Numbered from the stretch's first letter, positions 1-8,856 are shown. The stretch: DNA of 26,803 nucleotides from a virus (IMGVR_UViG_3300020043_003340:1-26803); one strand, 5' to 3'. The notes: generated by a model not told the origin, from the letters alone. Numbers and translations are program-made.

Positions 1-978
1 GTTAGACATCGAAGGGGCGTAAACGTAAAAGTCCGTACCGCTTCCCGAAATAGTGTTAACTAAATTTCCGTTACAATAAACGTCAATATAGTACGTGTCG
101 TTTGTACTTACCGCACTAACAAATATGCCACCGTTCCACCAACCCGATTGCACGTTGTAAGTTGTTGAGCCAATTATAACTTGACCTTTGTATTGAAGCC
201 ATGCGTAGTTTGTACCGAAGTATTCGGGAAACGCCGTGCTTATAACTTGTACTTCTTGGGTTTCCGTCTTTTGCTCAAATTCAAGTTTATTTTTTAAAAC
301 TAAATACGCACTAATAAAACGTTGGTCTGATAAAAATAACCCTGTAAAAGTAATTCCGTAAGCTGTTTCGATACTGGATAAAAGAACGCGAATATTTATA
401 GCGGGGAACAACTCGGTGTAATCAATAGCCCCTAACGACGTGTCAATGTTATCATTTGGTGTTGAGGGTTCGTTGTACTGCCAAACGCGCTTAGAACTAA
501 TAAAAGGGTAACGTATTCTTTGAAAATTTGGGTTAGTAATTCTGTCTAAAACTTCAGCACCCGAATAAGTATGCGTTGCGCCGCTGTAATCCAACTGGCT
601 TAACTTGTCCTCTGAAAACCTATCTTTAAGAGTTCTTATCTCACCGTAGAACGTTACCTTGTACGCGTAAGGTTGTCCGTTTTTTAGTTGGACGCTTTCG
701 AGTTGTATCTTACCACGCCTAAAAAAAGTAAGGTCTATTTCAATATAACCATCCCGTCGAAGGTTCGGATTGATAGTACCATTTAAAGCATTCTCATAAA
801 AATGTTCAAATATTGGGTTATTGTGTGTAGAACACGGTACACTAAATGACTGCGAAAAGTCGGTGAATACTTTTGAAATGTCTTGTATATTTTGAATGCT
901 GCTGCTAACTTGTATCTGTTCATCTTCAAATAATTCTAAACGCTGTCCTTCAATGTAAACTTGTACTTTCCTTTTCAT
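1..978 (-). CDS. Tail/baseplate-hub-like structural protein, 3'-truncated by the window edge (not in the ORF track)
   Basis: ATG at 978 overlaps the upstream TGA (TGATG). The frame reads MKRKVQVYIEGQRLELFEDEQIQVSSSIQNIQDISKVFTDFSQSFSVP... and was open wherever I translated it. Function is inferred from tail-module position. Confidence 0.65.
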   Translation of the reverse strand, partial: MKRKVQVYIEGQRLELFEDEQIQVSSSIQNIQDISKVFTDFSQSFSVPCSTHNNPIFEHFYENALNGTINPNLRRDGYIEIDLTFFRRGKIQLESVQLKNGQPYAYKVTFYGEIRTLKDRFSEDKLSQLDYSGATHTYSGAEVLDRITNPNFQRIRYPFISSKRVWQYNEPSTPNDNIDTSLGAIDYTELFPAINIRVLLSSIETAYGITFTGLFLSDQRFISAYLVLKNKLEFEQKTETQEVQVISTAFPEYFGTNYAWLQYKGQVIIGSTTYNVQSGWWNGGIFVSAVSTNDTYYIDVYCNGNLVNTISGSGTDFYVYAPSMSN

Positions 979-2048
979 CAAACCACGGTGTTAATTAGTT
1001 CGTAAGCGGGTTGGAACTCCAACGTGTAATTGATGTCCTTTTTGTTGATTACTTTAACTCGGTCAAAACTTCGTGTTTTCATCGTTACGGGATAGCCGTT
1101 CAAAAGTATTCGTTCGCTCAACCCCATTTGCGTAAGGTTCTCTTTGAAGTCCTCGGTAACGCTTCCCGTGTTTACCTTAATCGATTTGCGCCCGTTTAAG
1201 TTGAACTCTTTAAACATCCCTTCTACTGGGTTGTAGTTGGATAGGTTGCTTTGCATTAATTGATATGTGTTCGTGTTTACCTCGATGCTGTCGTAACTCG
1301 CTTTAAACATAAACTCCCGTTGCCACGCTCCATACTTGTTTATGAAGTCGATTGTAATTACATCGTACCTACACTCGTTCACGGGACGGAAGTAATAAGT
1401 TGCCAAAACTACACTCGTCGAACTTAACACCTCTAATTTATTTCCGTCAGCATACCACAAAGGGTAAACCCTGTAAGCACTTTGGTAGTCGCCCGTACCA
1501 AATCCCGCAGAAAGAATCGCGCCTGTAACTAAGTTGGTGTATTTAATAGAACCCCCCGTTGGTACTTCTAAGGTTAGAAAACCCGCTCGTTTTAACACGT
1601 CCGTAGAAAGTACCGCTGAAGGGTCGTACCAATAGTAATAAGTCTTTTGGTCAAGAAAGTATTTACTCAAAGCGGGGTTAGTTCCTTCCTCATAATAACC
1701 CCAACCGTTCCACCCCGTGTAGTCGGTAGTATCTAAAACCGTGTAACCGCTTGGTGTTAATTTGTAGCGAACGATTCGAACCTTACAAAAGTTCGGGTAA
1801 CTCGCTTGTCCTACCGTGTTGTAAACATTTGGGTTAACCGTGTTATCAATGTACTCGCGAACGTAGGGGCTAACGTTGTACTGGTTTGACGTTTGGGTTA
1901 ACGAAGGTGAAAGTTTGCTTAGAGTGTAAGTTGGGGAGGCGGGTAAACTTTGGTTACTCGGATAAATGTATAAATCTATCTTACTTCCCGTTTGTCCGAC
2001 CTCGTCAATATTTATAATGTAGGGGCTTCGTGCCTGTATTCGGTTCAT
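978..2048 (-). CDS. Putative virion structural protein (tail module), 356 aa
   Basis: Long Y/T/N-rich ORF coupled to both neighbours, between tail-completion-like and hub-like genes. Confidence 0.6.
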   Translation of the reverse strand: MNRIQARSPYIINIDEVGQTGSKIDLYIYPSNQSLPASPTYTLSKLSPSLTQTSNQYNVSPYVREYIDNTVNPNVYNTVGQASYPNFCKVRIVRYKLTPSGYTVLDTTDYTGWNGWGYYEEGTNPALSKYFLDQKTYYYWYDPSAVLSTDVLKRAGFLTLEVPTGGSIKYTNLVTGAILSAGFGTGDYQSAYRVYPLWYADGNKLEVLSSTSVVLATYYFRPVNECRYDVITIDFINKYGAWQREFMFKASYDSIEVNTNTYQLMQSNLSNYNPVEGMFKEFNLNGRKSIKVNTGSVTEDFKENLTQMGLSERILLNGYPVTMKTRSFDRVKVINKKDINYTLEFQPAYELINTVV

Positions 2049-2563
2049 CGTTTACTATTTGATTTGGTTACTACTTCATCCATGTAAATCGCTACGTCTT
2101 GTTGTAACGCTCTTTGGAAATCTTTACCCGCTCTTTTAACTCCGTCGTTAAATGGCTTGGTAAAAAATAAACTCGGTTTAATGCCCTTTAAAAATATTCC
2201 TTTGGCAATCATGAACTGTGTTTGCTTACGTGTCATGAATCGCCCTTGTTTATCGCGTGGGGCTATTCCTTTGTTTACAATCCATTTGTCCAACGCAGAT
2301 GGCGGGGGCATCTTGTCTTTAAATGAAAAAGGCGCTCCGTGTTTTACTCGCTTTCCGTCGACACCTAAATCTTGAAACTGCCCGTAAAACTCCATTTCAA
2401 AAATCAACGAAAGGTCATCCTTTCCGCCTTCAATCGTTCCCTTCAAACTATCGTAAAGCCCTTTTGAACTATTCTTTTTTAGTTTGGTTAGGTTTGTTCG
2501 CGCTTGTTTAATTACGTAATCCCGAAACGCTTTAAGTTCGTTATTTAGTTTGTCGAATCTCAT
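2045..2563 (-). CDS. Putative neck/tail-completion (virion morphogenesis) protein, 172 aa
   Basis: Basic protein with YGQFQDLG, KMPP and GIKPSLFF motifs resembling HK97-gp10-like morphogenesis proteins. Context agrees. Confidence 0.55.
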   Translation of the reverse strand: MRFDKLNNELKAFRDYVIKQARTNLTKLKKNSSKGLYDSLKGTIEGGKDDLSLIFEMEFYGQFQDLGVDGKRVKHGAPFSFKDKMPPPSALDKWIVNKGIAPRDKQGRFMTRKQTQFMIAKGIFLKGIKPSLFFTKPFNDGVKRAGKDFQRALQQDVAIYMDEVVTKSNSKR

Positions 2564-3019
2564 TTAACAAATGCTCATTTCGTTTGGAATAATAACGTTA
2601 AACGTCATGGTCATTCCCGCTAAATAGTTTTCGAAACGCTCGGTAAATGGTTCGATGGTTGGATTGTCTACTATTTGGAACGCATCTGAGTACAAATCCC
2701 CGCGTCGAAGCACTTCGTACAAACGCATTAACACAACCATTTGAGTATTTAGTACGTCGACCTCGTTATCGTTGCCTGTAAACTTGTCGGTTGTTTCAGC
2801 TTTGGAAATGTCAACTAAATCCATAGCAATAACCGAAATGTTAAACGCGATAATTGCCCCTTGTGGGGTTATGTTGTTTACGATAATGTGGCACAACGGA
2901 AATAGGCTTTGCTTCCAGTTGTCGATGTCGTCGATGCTTCCTTGTGTTACCGTGTTTACTAACGGAATACTTTCGAGTTCGGTTTTTAGGGTGTCGATTA
3001 TGTAAAAGTAACCTTTCAT
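2564..3019 (-). CDS. Putative tail terminator/completion protein, 151 aa
   Basis: Acidic protein of about 150 aa with an FPLCHI segment and alternating beta strands, in the tail module. Confidence 0.5.
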   Translation of the reverse strand: MKGYFYIIDTLKTELESIPLVNTVTQGSIDDIDNWKQSLFPLCHIIVNNITPQGAIIAFNISVIAMDLVDISKAETTDKFTGNDNEVDVLNTQMVVLMRLYEVLRRGDLYSDAFQIVDNPTIEPFTERFENYLAGMTMTFNVIIPNEMSIC

Positions 3020-3282
3020 TTATTCCGTCTTTTTATAAGTTGTATTTCTAAATCGTTTTTCTCTTTCTCAAACTCTAAATAGGTAAGGCATTGATGCAGC
3101 GGTAAGTCGGTAACGTCGTTAAATCGTCTAACGTCGCCTTGAGCGAGAGTAACGATTGACGCAAACCATCCCCATCTATGTCCGAAGTTTCGTTGTGCGG
3201 AGTAGTCTCCCCCATCGTCTTGACCTGTTCCGTTAAAAAGTCCATCGTAGCGCTCAATAATTCCACGCTTAAAGTTCGCAAA
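3016..3282 (-). CDS. -1 frameshift extension of the tail chaperone (88 aa; fusion about 250 aa)
   Basis: The -1 frame is open from the T9 run to TGA at 3018-3016 (FANFKRGIIERYDGLF...FGHRWGWFASIVTLAQGDVRRFNDVTDLPLHQCLTYLEFEKEKNDLEIQLIKRRNK). It has no ATG, has an in-frame TAA directly upstream (3291-3289), and its stop overlaps the next ATG. Confidence 0.75.
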   Translation of the reverse strand, partial: FANFKRGIIERYDGLFNGTGQDDGGDYSAQRNFGHRWGWFASIVTLAQGDVRRFNDVTDLPLHQCLTYLEFEKEKNDLEIQLIKRRNK

Positions 3283-3767
3283 AAAAAATTAGCACCAAAC
3301 ACGGCGTTTAAAGGGGCGTACTTCATAATTTCCGCGTGGGTGTTTGACCCGTAGTAAGGTTCTATTTCGTATTTATCGCCTTTCCTTTTCTTAATCGGAC
3401 GGAATAAAACCGCCATTGCGTTGTTCATGGTATCCCAACTTTGTAAATACTTTTCAGCGTCCACGTATTCTCCGAAGGTCATGTTTTCCAAGTCGGGAAT
3501 AAAGCCGAATTCGTACTCACCCAGTTTAAACGTGCTAACAAAGTCGGGTTCAACTTGGAACAAATCCGTTAACCGCTTCATTAAATCAAACATCGAAGTA
3601 GCCGTGAACATTGCAACCTCGGACATTTTAATTTTGCAAAGAAGGCTAACCATTTTTCGCGCTGCAACTCCTTCCGAATCGTCCGCACTTTCCAACTTCA
3701 TAAGCTGTTGGTATTGTTCGAGGGTAATCTCTGAAAGCGTGGAAGGGATTTGAATTGTGCTTTGCAT
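3075..3767 (-). CDS. Putative tail assembly chaperone, 0-frame product (230 aa)
   Basis: ORF track. Contains a T9 slippery run at codons 160-163 (AAT TTT TTT TTG) and is preceded by the late promoter motif. The chaperone role is inferred by analogy with lambda G/GT. Confidence 0.6.
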   Translation of the reverse strand: MQSTIQIPSTLSEITLEQYQQLMKLESADDSEGVAARKMVSLLCKIKMSEVAMFTATSMFDLMKRLTDLFQVEPDFVSTFKLGEYEFGFIPDLENMTFGEYVDAEKYLQSWDTMNNAMAVLFRPIKKRKGDKYEIEPYYGSNTHAEIMKYAPLNAVFGANFFLRTLSVELLSATMDFLTEQVKTMGETTPHNETSDIDGDGLRQSLLSLKATLDDLTTLPTYRCINALPI

Positions 3768-3796
3768 AACTTAATAACTATTTTGTGTTTAATTGT
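3768..3796 (-). promoter_or_regulatory. Putative phage late promoter, copy 1
   Basis: ACAA-ttaaacacaaaat-AGTTA-ttaagtt-ATG, with the same spacing as three other sites. Confidence 0.7.
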
Positions 3797-3807
3797 ACCT
3801 TGGTTTT

Positions 3808-4950
3808 TTATCGAACGAAGTATTTACCTCTATTCGGGTTGCTTAGGGTCATGTAAATAAAGTAACGTGCCGCGTCGATGCAATGATTCCATTTATCTTC
3901 GGGAACGGTTTTGTTCGTCTTTTCAACCCATGAATAATTATTGAACTCTTTGATTAGGTTCTTCGATTCGGGGTCTAAAACAATGCTGTATTCTTGCATT
4001 AAGGAAATACCCGCCGTTACACTTCCCGTTCCTTTAATCGCCTCGACGATATTTAACCCACGTTGTTTAAGTTCGCTTATCAACCTTGGTTCGGCGGAAT
4101 CCCCAACTATTAATTGTCGGTTGGCGAATTGCTTGTTGTATTCGAATAGCTGCCCTGTATTTAATCCTTGTTCGTAAAAGCACTCCCGTAGGTAAATCGT
4201 CTTCGTCTTTCGGTCAACCGCTACTTCGATAAGCGTGGAAGGATCGTTACTAAACCCGTAATCCTGTCCGAACCCTTGAACCTCGCACTCCTTAAATTCA
4301 CCTATTGACCAGTTATTAAATACCGCCCCAGTCGGTTGGGCGCGTTCCCCTGTTCCGTAAACCTTCCACCAATACGCGTTGCTTACTTTGCTTTCAATGT
4401 CTTCGATTTGGGCTTTGGTTAAATGTGGGTTGTCGCGGTACGTAGTAATGCAAGGCGGGAACTTATCAATGTACTTGTCTAACCAATGTTCTTGTGGAAG
4501 CGCGGGGTTATAATCGGCTATTATTCGGTAGCGGGTTCGTGGGAAAAGTTGGTCTATTGTTTCCTCGGGAAATTGGTGCGCTTCATTAATCCAAAGAATA
4601 TCGCGGGAACGCCCGTGTATTTTATCGGGGGTGTCAGCACCGTAATAATTAATGTAGTTCCCAAATAGGTTGTAAACGTGGTCGGTCTTATTGTGGTTCT
4701 TGTCGTGGTATAGTTCGTGTTTAAGTAGCACGTCTTTAAAGTCTTTCCACGCGGTCGACTTCAACGCTGCGAACGTATCCCGGCAAAGGTCGATTTCTAA
4801 CTGCCCGTTTTCGAACTCCTTACATAAGTTGATTAAATAGTAAATAGTTGAGTAGGTTTTACCCGAACGTGTACCGCCTTGTAAAAGCGTTATTCGTTGG
4901 TTCTTAACTTTCCATTTGAGAAAGGTGAAATTCGGGTTGGCGTGTTCCAT
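3808..4950 (-). CDS. terL: Terminase large subunit (PBSX/Terminase_3-like), 380 aa
   Basis: Walker A QGGTRSGKT, Walker B ILWINEA, YNP coupling motif, nuclease motifs GQDYGFSNDP and NHCIDAARY. Confidence 0.95.
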   Translation of the reverse strand: MEHANPNFTFLKWKVKNQRITLLQGGTRSGKTYSTIYYLINLCKEFENGQLEIDLCRDTFAALKSTAWKDFKDVLLKHELYHDKNHNKTDHVYNLFGNYINYYGADTPDKIHGRSRDILWINEAHQFPEETIDQLFPRTRYRIIADYNPALPQEHWLDKYIDKFPPCITTYRDNPHLTKAQIEDIESKVSNAYWWKVYGTGERAQPTGAVFNNWSIGEFKECEVQGFGQDYGFSNDPSTLIEVAVDRKTKTIYLRECFYEQGLNTGQLFEYNKQFANRQLIVGDSAEPRLISELKQRGLNIVEAIKGTGSVTAGISLMQEYSIVLDPESKNLIKEFNNYSWVEKTNKTVPEDKWNHCIDAARYFIYMTLSNPNRGKYFVR

Positions 4951-5328
4951 TTATTCCTCGGTATCTTCGGGGTGTTTGTCGTTTAACCATGCGGGAAGTT
5001 TAACCGCGTTACCTTTGGTCGTGTGGTCCACGTAGCTTTGGTTTAACTTTTGGTGTTCTTCGCTATCGGACATCAAACGGAAGGCGGCAAGTTGAAGCAC
5101 GGGGCTATCGGAGTTAACCCAGTTGCGCTTCATTTTGTGTTTCGTTCGAATCTTGTTTGCGTCTATCGCTTCTTTTATTGCGTCCGATTTATCCAAAGCA
5201 TGGTAGTAAGCGGTTGACCTACTATAAGCTACAAACATACACGCCTCGTTAAAGTTTGTGCAGTTATTATCCTCTATTGCTTTAAGCATTTCGTCGTGGT
5301 ATTTTTGGTAGTTTGATTCCATTTTCAT
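4951..5328 (-). CDS. Probable terminase small subunit, 125 aa (start revised to ATG 5328)
   Basis: Lies directly upstream of terL. HTH-like segment (EACMFVAYSRSTAYYH) and C-terminal DHTTKG. ATG 5328 overlaps the upstream TAA. Confidence 0.7.
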   Translation of the reverse strand: MKMESNYQKYHDEMLKAIEDNNCTNFNEACMFVAYSRSTAYYHALDKSDAIKEAIDANKIRTKHKMKRNWVNSDSPVLQLAAFRLMSDSEEHQKLNQSYVDHTTKGNAVKLPAWLNDKHPEDTEE

Positions 5329-5543
5329 TAGTTCATTGTAGTTACGTAAAAGTTTTGCATGGGTGCGAAGTAAATAGTTTCGTCTTCTGGTTGGATTAGC
5401 AGCACTAAGAAAATAGGATAGCCGCAAAACTCGGTTATGTCGTTTAGTTCTTCTTTGTAATGCGTTCCAACAAAGAAAGCGTAATCGTCAAACTGACCTA
5501 TTACCGCATCGAGGGTTTCTTGTAATAAAACTTCTAAACTCAT
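5328..5543 (-). CDS. Hypothetical protein, 71 aa
   Basis: ORF coupled to neighbours on both sides. Confidence 0.6.
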   Translation of the reverse strand: MSLEVLLQETLDAVIGQFDDYAFFVGTHYKEELNDITEFCGYPIFLVLLIQPEDETIYFAPMQNFYVTTMN

Positions 5544-5674
5544 TCTTCGGGGTTTAGTTTTGTGAAAGGGTCGGTCTTTGGTTTGGTCTTTACTCCTTGT
5601 AATCTTTTCATTCGTCTTTCCGTCCTTTCCTCGCGGCGCTCTTTAAGCGTCTTTGCTTTCGGTATCGCTTTCAT
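5540..5674 (-). CDS. Small basic protein, 44 aa (not in the ORF track)
   Basis: MKAIPKAKTLKERREERTERRMKRLQGVKTKPKTDPFTKLNPEE*. Fills the gap, and its stop overlaps the next ATG (ATGA). Confidence 0.5.
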   Translation of the reverse strand: MKAIPKAKTLKERREERTERRMKRLQGVKTKPKTDPFTKLNPEE

Positions 5675-6083
5675 ATTGTTTCACTACTTTGTTTAAATCA
5701 TCCAGGATTCGCTTCCAACAACTCGCGCAGCTTGTCGGCTGTTGCTTTTCATTGAACACACGGTTGTATATTTTCAGCACTTGGCTTTGTTCCGTTGGTC
5801 TAAGGCGGGTTTGAGTTGTGTCGTAAAGTGAATTTAAATAGGCGTATTCGTCTTCTAATAGGCAATTAACCTTCCTTCGATATCTGAATAAGTTGTTTAG
5901 TTTTTCTTTGCGTTCCTCACATCCGCAGTCTTCGCCTAAAAGCCATTTAGCAACCTTTGCTATTCCTGTTTTCTCTAAAACCTTTTCTACGGTATCTCCT
6001 AACCCTTGGCTTTCGGACGTGGATTTAACTAACTCCATTTCTTTTTTCGTCCGTCTTTTGCGCTTTACTTTAAATTCTGTCAT
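5643..6083 (-). CDS. Hypothetical phage protein with Cys motifs, 146 aa
   Basis: GLGDTVEK...DCGCEERKEKLN and PTSCASC motifs, between the sigma factor and terminase. Confidence 0.7.
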   Translation of the reverse strand: MTEFKVKRKRRTKKEMELVKSTSESQGLGDTVEKVLEKTGIAKVAKWLLGEDCGCEERKEKLNNLFRYRRKVNCLLEDEYAYLNSLYDTTQTRLRPTEQSQVLKIYNRVFNEKQQPTSCASCWKRILDDLNKVVKQYESDTESKDA

Positions 6084-6600
6084 ATTCTTTGTTTTTATAA
6101 TCTTGGTAGTCTTCCCCTACCGTTTCACGTATGCGGTTCTTGCAATTTTTAAGCGTGTTAAATATAGAACTCAAACTAATATTAGCCCCATTGCTTATTT
6201 CACGCATTGATTTGCTCTTTTGGGTGTGCAATCTAAAGAGTTCTTTCTCGTAAGTGTGCCAATTTAGTATTTCGTCTTTGATTTTATCCTCTATTTTACA
6301 GATTTTTTCGTGTTTTTGGGGTTCGAATTCCTCTATCGATAGCCATCTGCATTCTTCCAAATCAACTTTAACGAACTTTTGACGCTCTTTGTAGTAATTT
6401 ATGTAGGTGTTCTTTAGAATAATCCAAATAAAAGCGCGGTTGGGTTCGTCTTTAATTATGGCTTTTTCGCCAGAATTAGCGTCGTGAATGCGAATGTACA
6501 TTTCTTGTACAATATCCTCTTGAAAGTTGGTTTCGCCAAAACTACGAACGATATTTACCCATTCGTTATGATGCTTTGCGAGTACTTTTAACCAGTTCAC
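6070..6600 (-). CDS. ECF-like (sigma-70 family) RNA polymerase sigma factor; likely start GTG 6600
   Basis: Region 2-like EDIVQEMYIRI...AFIWIILKNTYINYYK and region 4 HTH SMREISNGANISLSSIFNTLKNCKNRIR. The track's TTG start at 6624 lies in a terminator U-tract. Confidence 0.8.
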   Translation of the reverse strand: MNWLKVLAKHHNEWVNIVRSFGETNFQEDIVQEMYIRIHDANSGEKAIIKDEPNRAFIWIILKNTYINYYKERQKFVKVDLEECRWLSIEEFEPQKHEKICKIEDKIKDEILNWHTYEKELFRLHTQKSKSMREISNGANISLSSIFNTLKNCKNRIRETVGEDYQDYKNKEYDRI

Positions 6601-6613
6601 GGTATAAATATAT

Positions 6614-6646
6614 AAAAAAAACAAACCCCCGCCGTTAAGACGAGGG
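6614..6646 (-). terminator. Intrinsic terminator after the recombination operon
   Basis: Minus-strand RNA CCCUCGUC-UUAAC-GGCGGGGG (8 bp including 2 G-U pairs) followed by UUUGUUUUUUUU. Confidence 0.75.
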
Positions 6647-6660
6647 AAGGTTGCTTTAAG

Positions 6661-6858
6661 TTAAGGGTTCTTTTCAACATAAGCGTCTAACTTTTTCAAC
6701 GTTTCAATGCTGACGGGCTTACCTTGGATAAATCGGTCAATGTTGTACTGGTGAAATTTGTTACCGCTTTGCTTTATTTCGGTTACTATTTGGTTTCGTG
6801 TTTTGGTTAGTAAAAGACGAACCAATTCTTTGCGTAGTTTATCGTCTTGAATCCACAT
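6661..6858 (-). CDS. Small HTH-like DNA-binding protein, 65 aa
   Basis: QYNIDRFIQGKPVSIETLKKL resembles an XRE-type HTH C-terminus. Confidence 0.55.
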   Translation of the reverse strand: MWIQDDKLRKELVRLLLTKTRNQIVTEIKQSGNKFHQYNIDRFIQGKPVSIETLKKLDAYVEKNP

Positions 6859-6859
6859 A

Positions 6860-7162
6860 TCAAAAAGGAAAATCGCTTGTTTCTTTTGCTTGTGCTGCCT
6901 TCAAAGTTATCGTCCAACCGTTTAGACTAACAAAGCACTTATCGTTCCACACGCGCCCCCTTATGTTGATTCCAATTTCGACCTCGTCCCCTACTTTTAG
7001 GTTTTGGATTAGTTCCGCTTTGTCGTTTACAAATTGAACGGGTAAAACCTCGGTAAATTTCCCGTCCGTTGTTTCAACCCATACCTCTTGGATTGTTAGC
7101 TTGTCGCTTTTCTTTTGTGGCGCTCCTATCGTGTGAACGCGTCCGTTTACTTTTGTACTCAT
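6860..7162 (-). CDS. DUF3127-like OB-fold ssDNA-binding protein, 100 aa
   Basis: LKVGDEVEIGINIRGRVWNDKCFVSLNGW plus an SSB-like DFPF tail, next to the exonuclease and annealase. Confidence 0.8.
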   Translation of the reverse strand: MSTKVNGRVHTIGAPQKKSDKLTIQEVWVETTDGKFTEVLPVQFVNDKAELIQNLKVGDEVEIGINIRGRVWNDKCFVSLNGWTITLKAAQAKETSDFPF

Positions 7163-7171
7163 TTTATTTAT

Positions 7172-7837
7172 TTAATTGTGTAAAGTTATGTAATATTCTC
7201 GGCAAAGTTCAATGCGTTGGTAAATCTGTTCAATTACCGCTTCGTCTTTTTGTACGTGGAAGACCTTCATTCGTCGCTCTTTCGGTATATTATCGAAAGT
7301 GTGAGCAGCACGAACAAATTCCTCAACCTCTTCAGAAATCGAAATTTCCTTCCGTTTCCAACTTTCTCGTCGTATTTCATCTTGTACGTGTTCTTCGGGT
7401 GTGTTAATTAAGCAATAAACTACATAAGCGTCCGTCTTTCCCGTCAGTTCAAGGTATCCTTGCATCTGAAAAAAGTAATCCTTGTTCGGTAGTTCGCTAT
7501 CAAAGAACGGGAACGAATGCGCTGAATAACTGCATTTAGTATCCAAAATAAAGTCGTCCGTAATTACGTCGGGAACGCCAGTTAAATAATCGTTCGTAAA
7601 CTTCAGTTCGTTTTTTTCTAAGAACATTCCATCCCAAAGCGATTCGCACATTAAAATTGCTTCGTCTTCGACCATGTTACCTTTGTCGGTGTAACGGCTC
7701 CAAAACTCCTTGTAAATACCGTATTCGATTTCCAAGTAACGTTCTTGTACGTGCGTCTTTGCCGTTGCTGAAAGACTTTCCCCCTTGGTTCGGGGGTTGG
7801 TCATTATCTTACCTATTGCGCTGCATCTTATTTTCAT
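7172..7837 (-). CDS. YqaJ/lambda-exonuclease-like PD-(D/E)XK nuclease, 221 aa
   Basis: IRCSAIG, KGNMVEDEA, TGVPD, ILDTKCS and YFFQMQGYL motifs. Confidence 0.85.
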   Translation of the reverse strand: MKIRCSAIGKIMTNPRTKGESLSATAKTHVQERYLEIEYGIYKEFWSRYTDKGNMVEDEAILMCESLWDGMFLEKNELKFTNDYLTGVPDVITDDFILDTKCSYSAHSFPFFDSELPNKDYFFQMQGYLELTGKTDAYVVYCLINTPEEHVQDEIRRESWKRKEISISEEVEEFVRAAHTFDNIPKERRMKVFHVQKDEAVIEQIYQRIELCREYYITLHN

Positions 7838-8376
7838 AACTCTAAAAGTATTTCGTGTTGTTCTGGCGTAATGTGGTATTTCTCGCGAAGAACTTTAACG
7901 TCAAACTTACCGTCGTTTATCGCTTTAATTGCGTTCTGAAAGCGTTCGTTGGTTAACGTTTGCTTTGCTCCGTCACGCGCAATATTACCGTCGTCATCGA
8001 TGCACTGCAAACTCAAAAGGCTTTGTAATGACGCGCGGCGGTAGTAACTCACGGCCGCTATCATTTTTTGGGGGTCAACTATGTTAGGCAAGTCTAAATA
8101 ACTTTCGATTGTTTCCCCGTTGTCAATGTCGATTATCTGAGTAACGACAGACGTACCTTTAACGGGCTGTAAGAGGATTAAATCGTATTTTAGTAGGATA
8201 GGTTCACACGCTTCTAAAATGGTATTTAAATCGGCGTATTTGCTTTTAAAAAACGGATTGTCGTTTCCTTTAACAATTTTACCGATTTCGTGTTTTGCTT
8301 TCCACAACTTAATGTAGATGTTTGAAGGCTTCGGGATTGCATCCTCAAAACTTTCGGTTTGCTCTTTCTTTCTCAT
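7834..8376 (-). CDS. erf: Erf-family ssDNA annealing protein, 180 aa
   Basis: NPFFKSKYADL, SYYRRASLQSLL and DDDGN signature motifs. Confidence 0.85.
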   Translation of the reverse strand: MRKKEQTESFEDAIPKPSNIYIKLWKAKHEIGKIVKGNDNPFFKSKYADLNTILEACEPILLKYDLILLQPVKGTSVVTQIIDIDNGETIESYLDLPNIVDPQKMIAAVSYYRRASLQSLLSLQCIDDDGNIARDGAKQTLTNERFQNAIKAINDGKFDVKVLREKYHITPEQHEILLEL

Positions 8377-8392
8377 TATTCCTATTTTTAGA

Positions 8393-8539
8393 TTAATAAT
8401 ACATTTCTACTTTCAACACGCTTGTAGGGTTTAGCGCGTCGATTAGTTCCTTAGAACTATTTGCTTTTGCTTTGTGCTTTAACGTTCTACCTTGTCCGTT
8501 AACGTAGGTGATTTCAAAGGTCATTTTTCGTTTTTTCAT
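8393..8539 (-). CDS. Small hypothetical protein, 48 aa (not in the ORF track)
   Basis: MKKRKMTFEITYVNGQGRTLKHKAKANSSKELIDALNPTSVLKVEMYY*. Fills the gap. Confidence 0.55.
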   Translation of the reverse strand: MKKRKMTFEITYVNGQGRTLKHKAKANSSKELIDALNPTSVLKVEMYY

Positions 8540-8555
8540 ATACTCGATTTATAGA

Positions 8556-8789
8556 TTATTTTGATAGATGATTAATTACCTGTTTGATGGTGCGAGCTAC
8601 ATTCAATTTCCATGATAAGCCAAGGTCATTGTTGTAGTTATGGACAGAATATTTATAGCTGGAATCATAACCACATTTTTTACCATTGATATTGGTCATT
8701 CTAATTACTGGAATATTATCGACAAAAATTACTGTGGATTTTGTACCAAAAATTTCGCAAGTCTCTTTTTTTGTTGTTATTGTTTTCAT
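8556..8789 (-). CDS. Hypothetical early protein, 77 aa
   Basis: First gene after a TAnnTTTG promoter. CpG-poor relative to the backbone. Confidence 0.65.
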   Translation of the reverse strand: MKTITTKKETCEIFGTKSTVIFVDNIPVIRMTNINGKKCGYDSSYKYSVHNYNNDLGLSWKLNVARTIKQVINHLSK

Positions 8790-8844
8790 GTGTTACGTTT
8801 TTTGTTATATTCAAATCTAAGCATTATTTACATTCGAATATAAA
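8790..8844 (-). promoter_or_regulatory. Bacteroidota housekeeping-sigma-type early promoter and leader
   Basis: TTTA-N21-TAGATTTG (8819-8812), then aa-TATAACAAAAAAC-N7-ATG. Confidence 0.65.
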
Positions 8845-8856
8845 TTTTAACATATT

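Noticed and set aside
5329-5427. N-terminal extension of the terS-like ORF
   Set aside because: It overlaps the 71-aa gene, and ATG 5328 gives a clean TAATG coupling.
6601-6624. TTG start of the sigma factor
   Set aside because: It falls in the terminator U-tract; GTG 6600 is more plausible.
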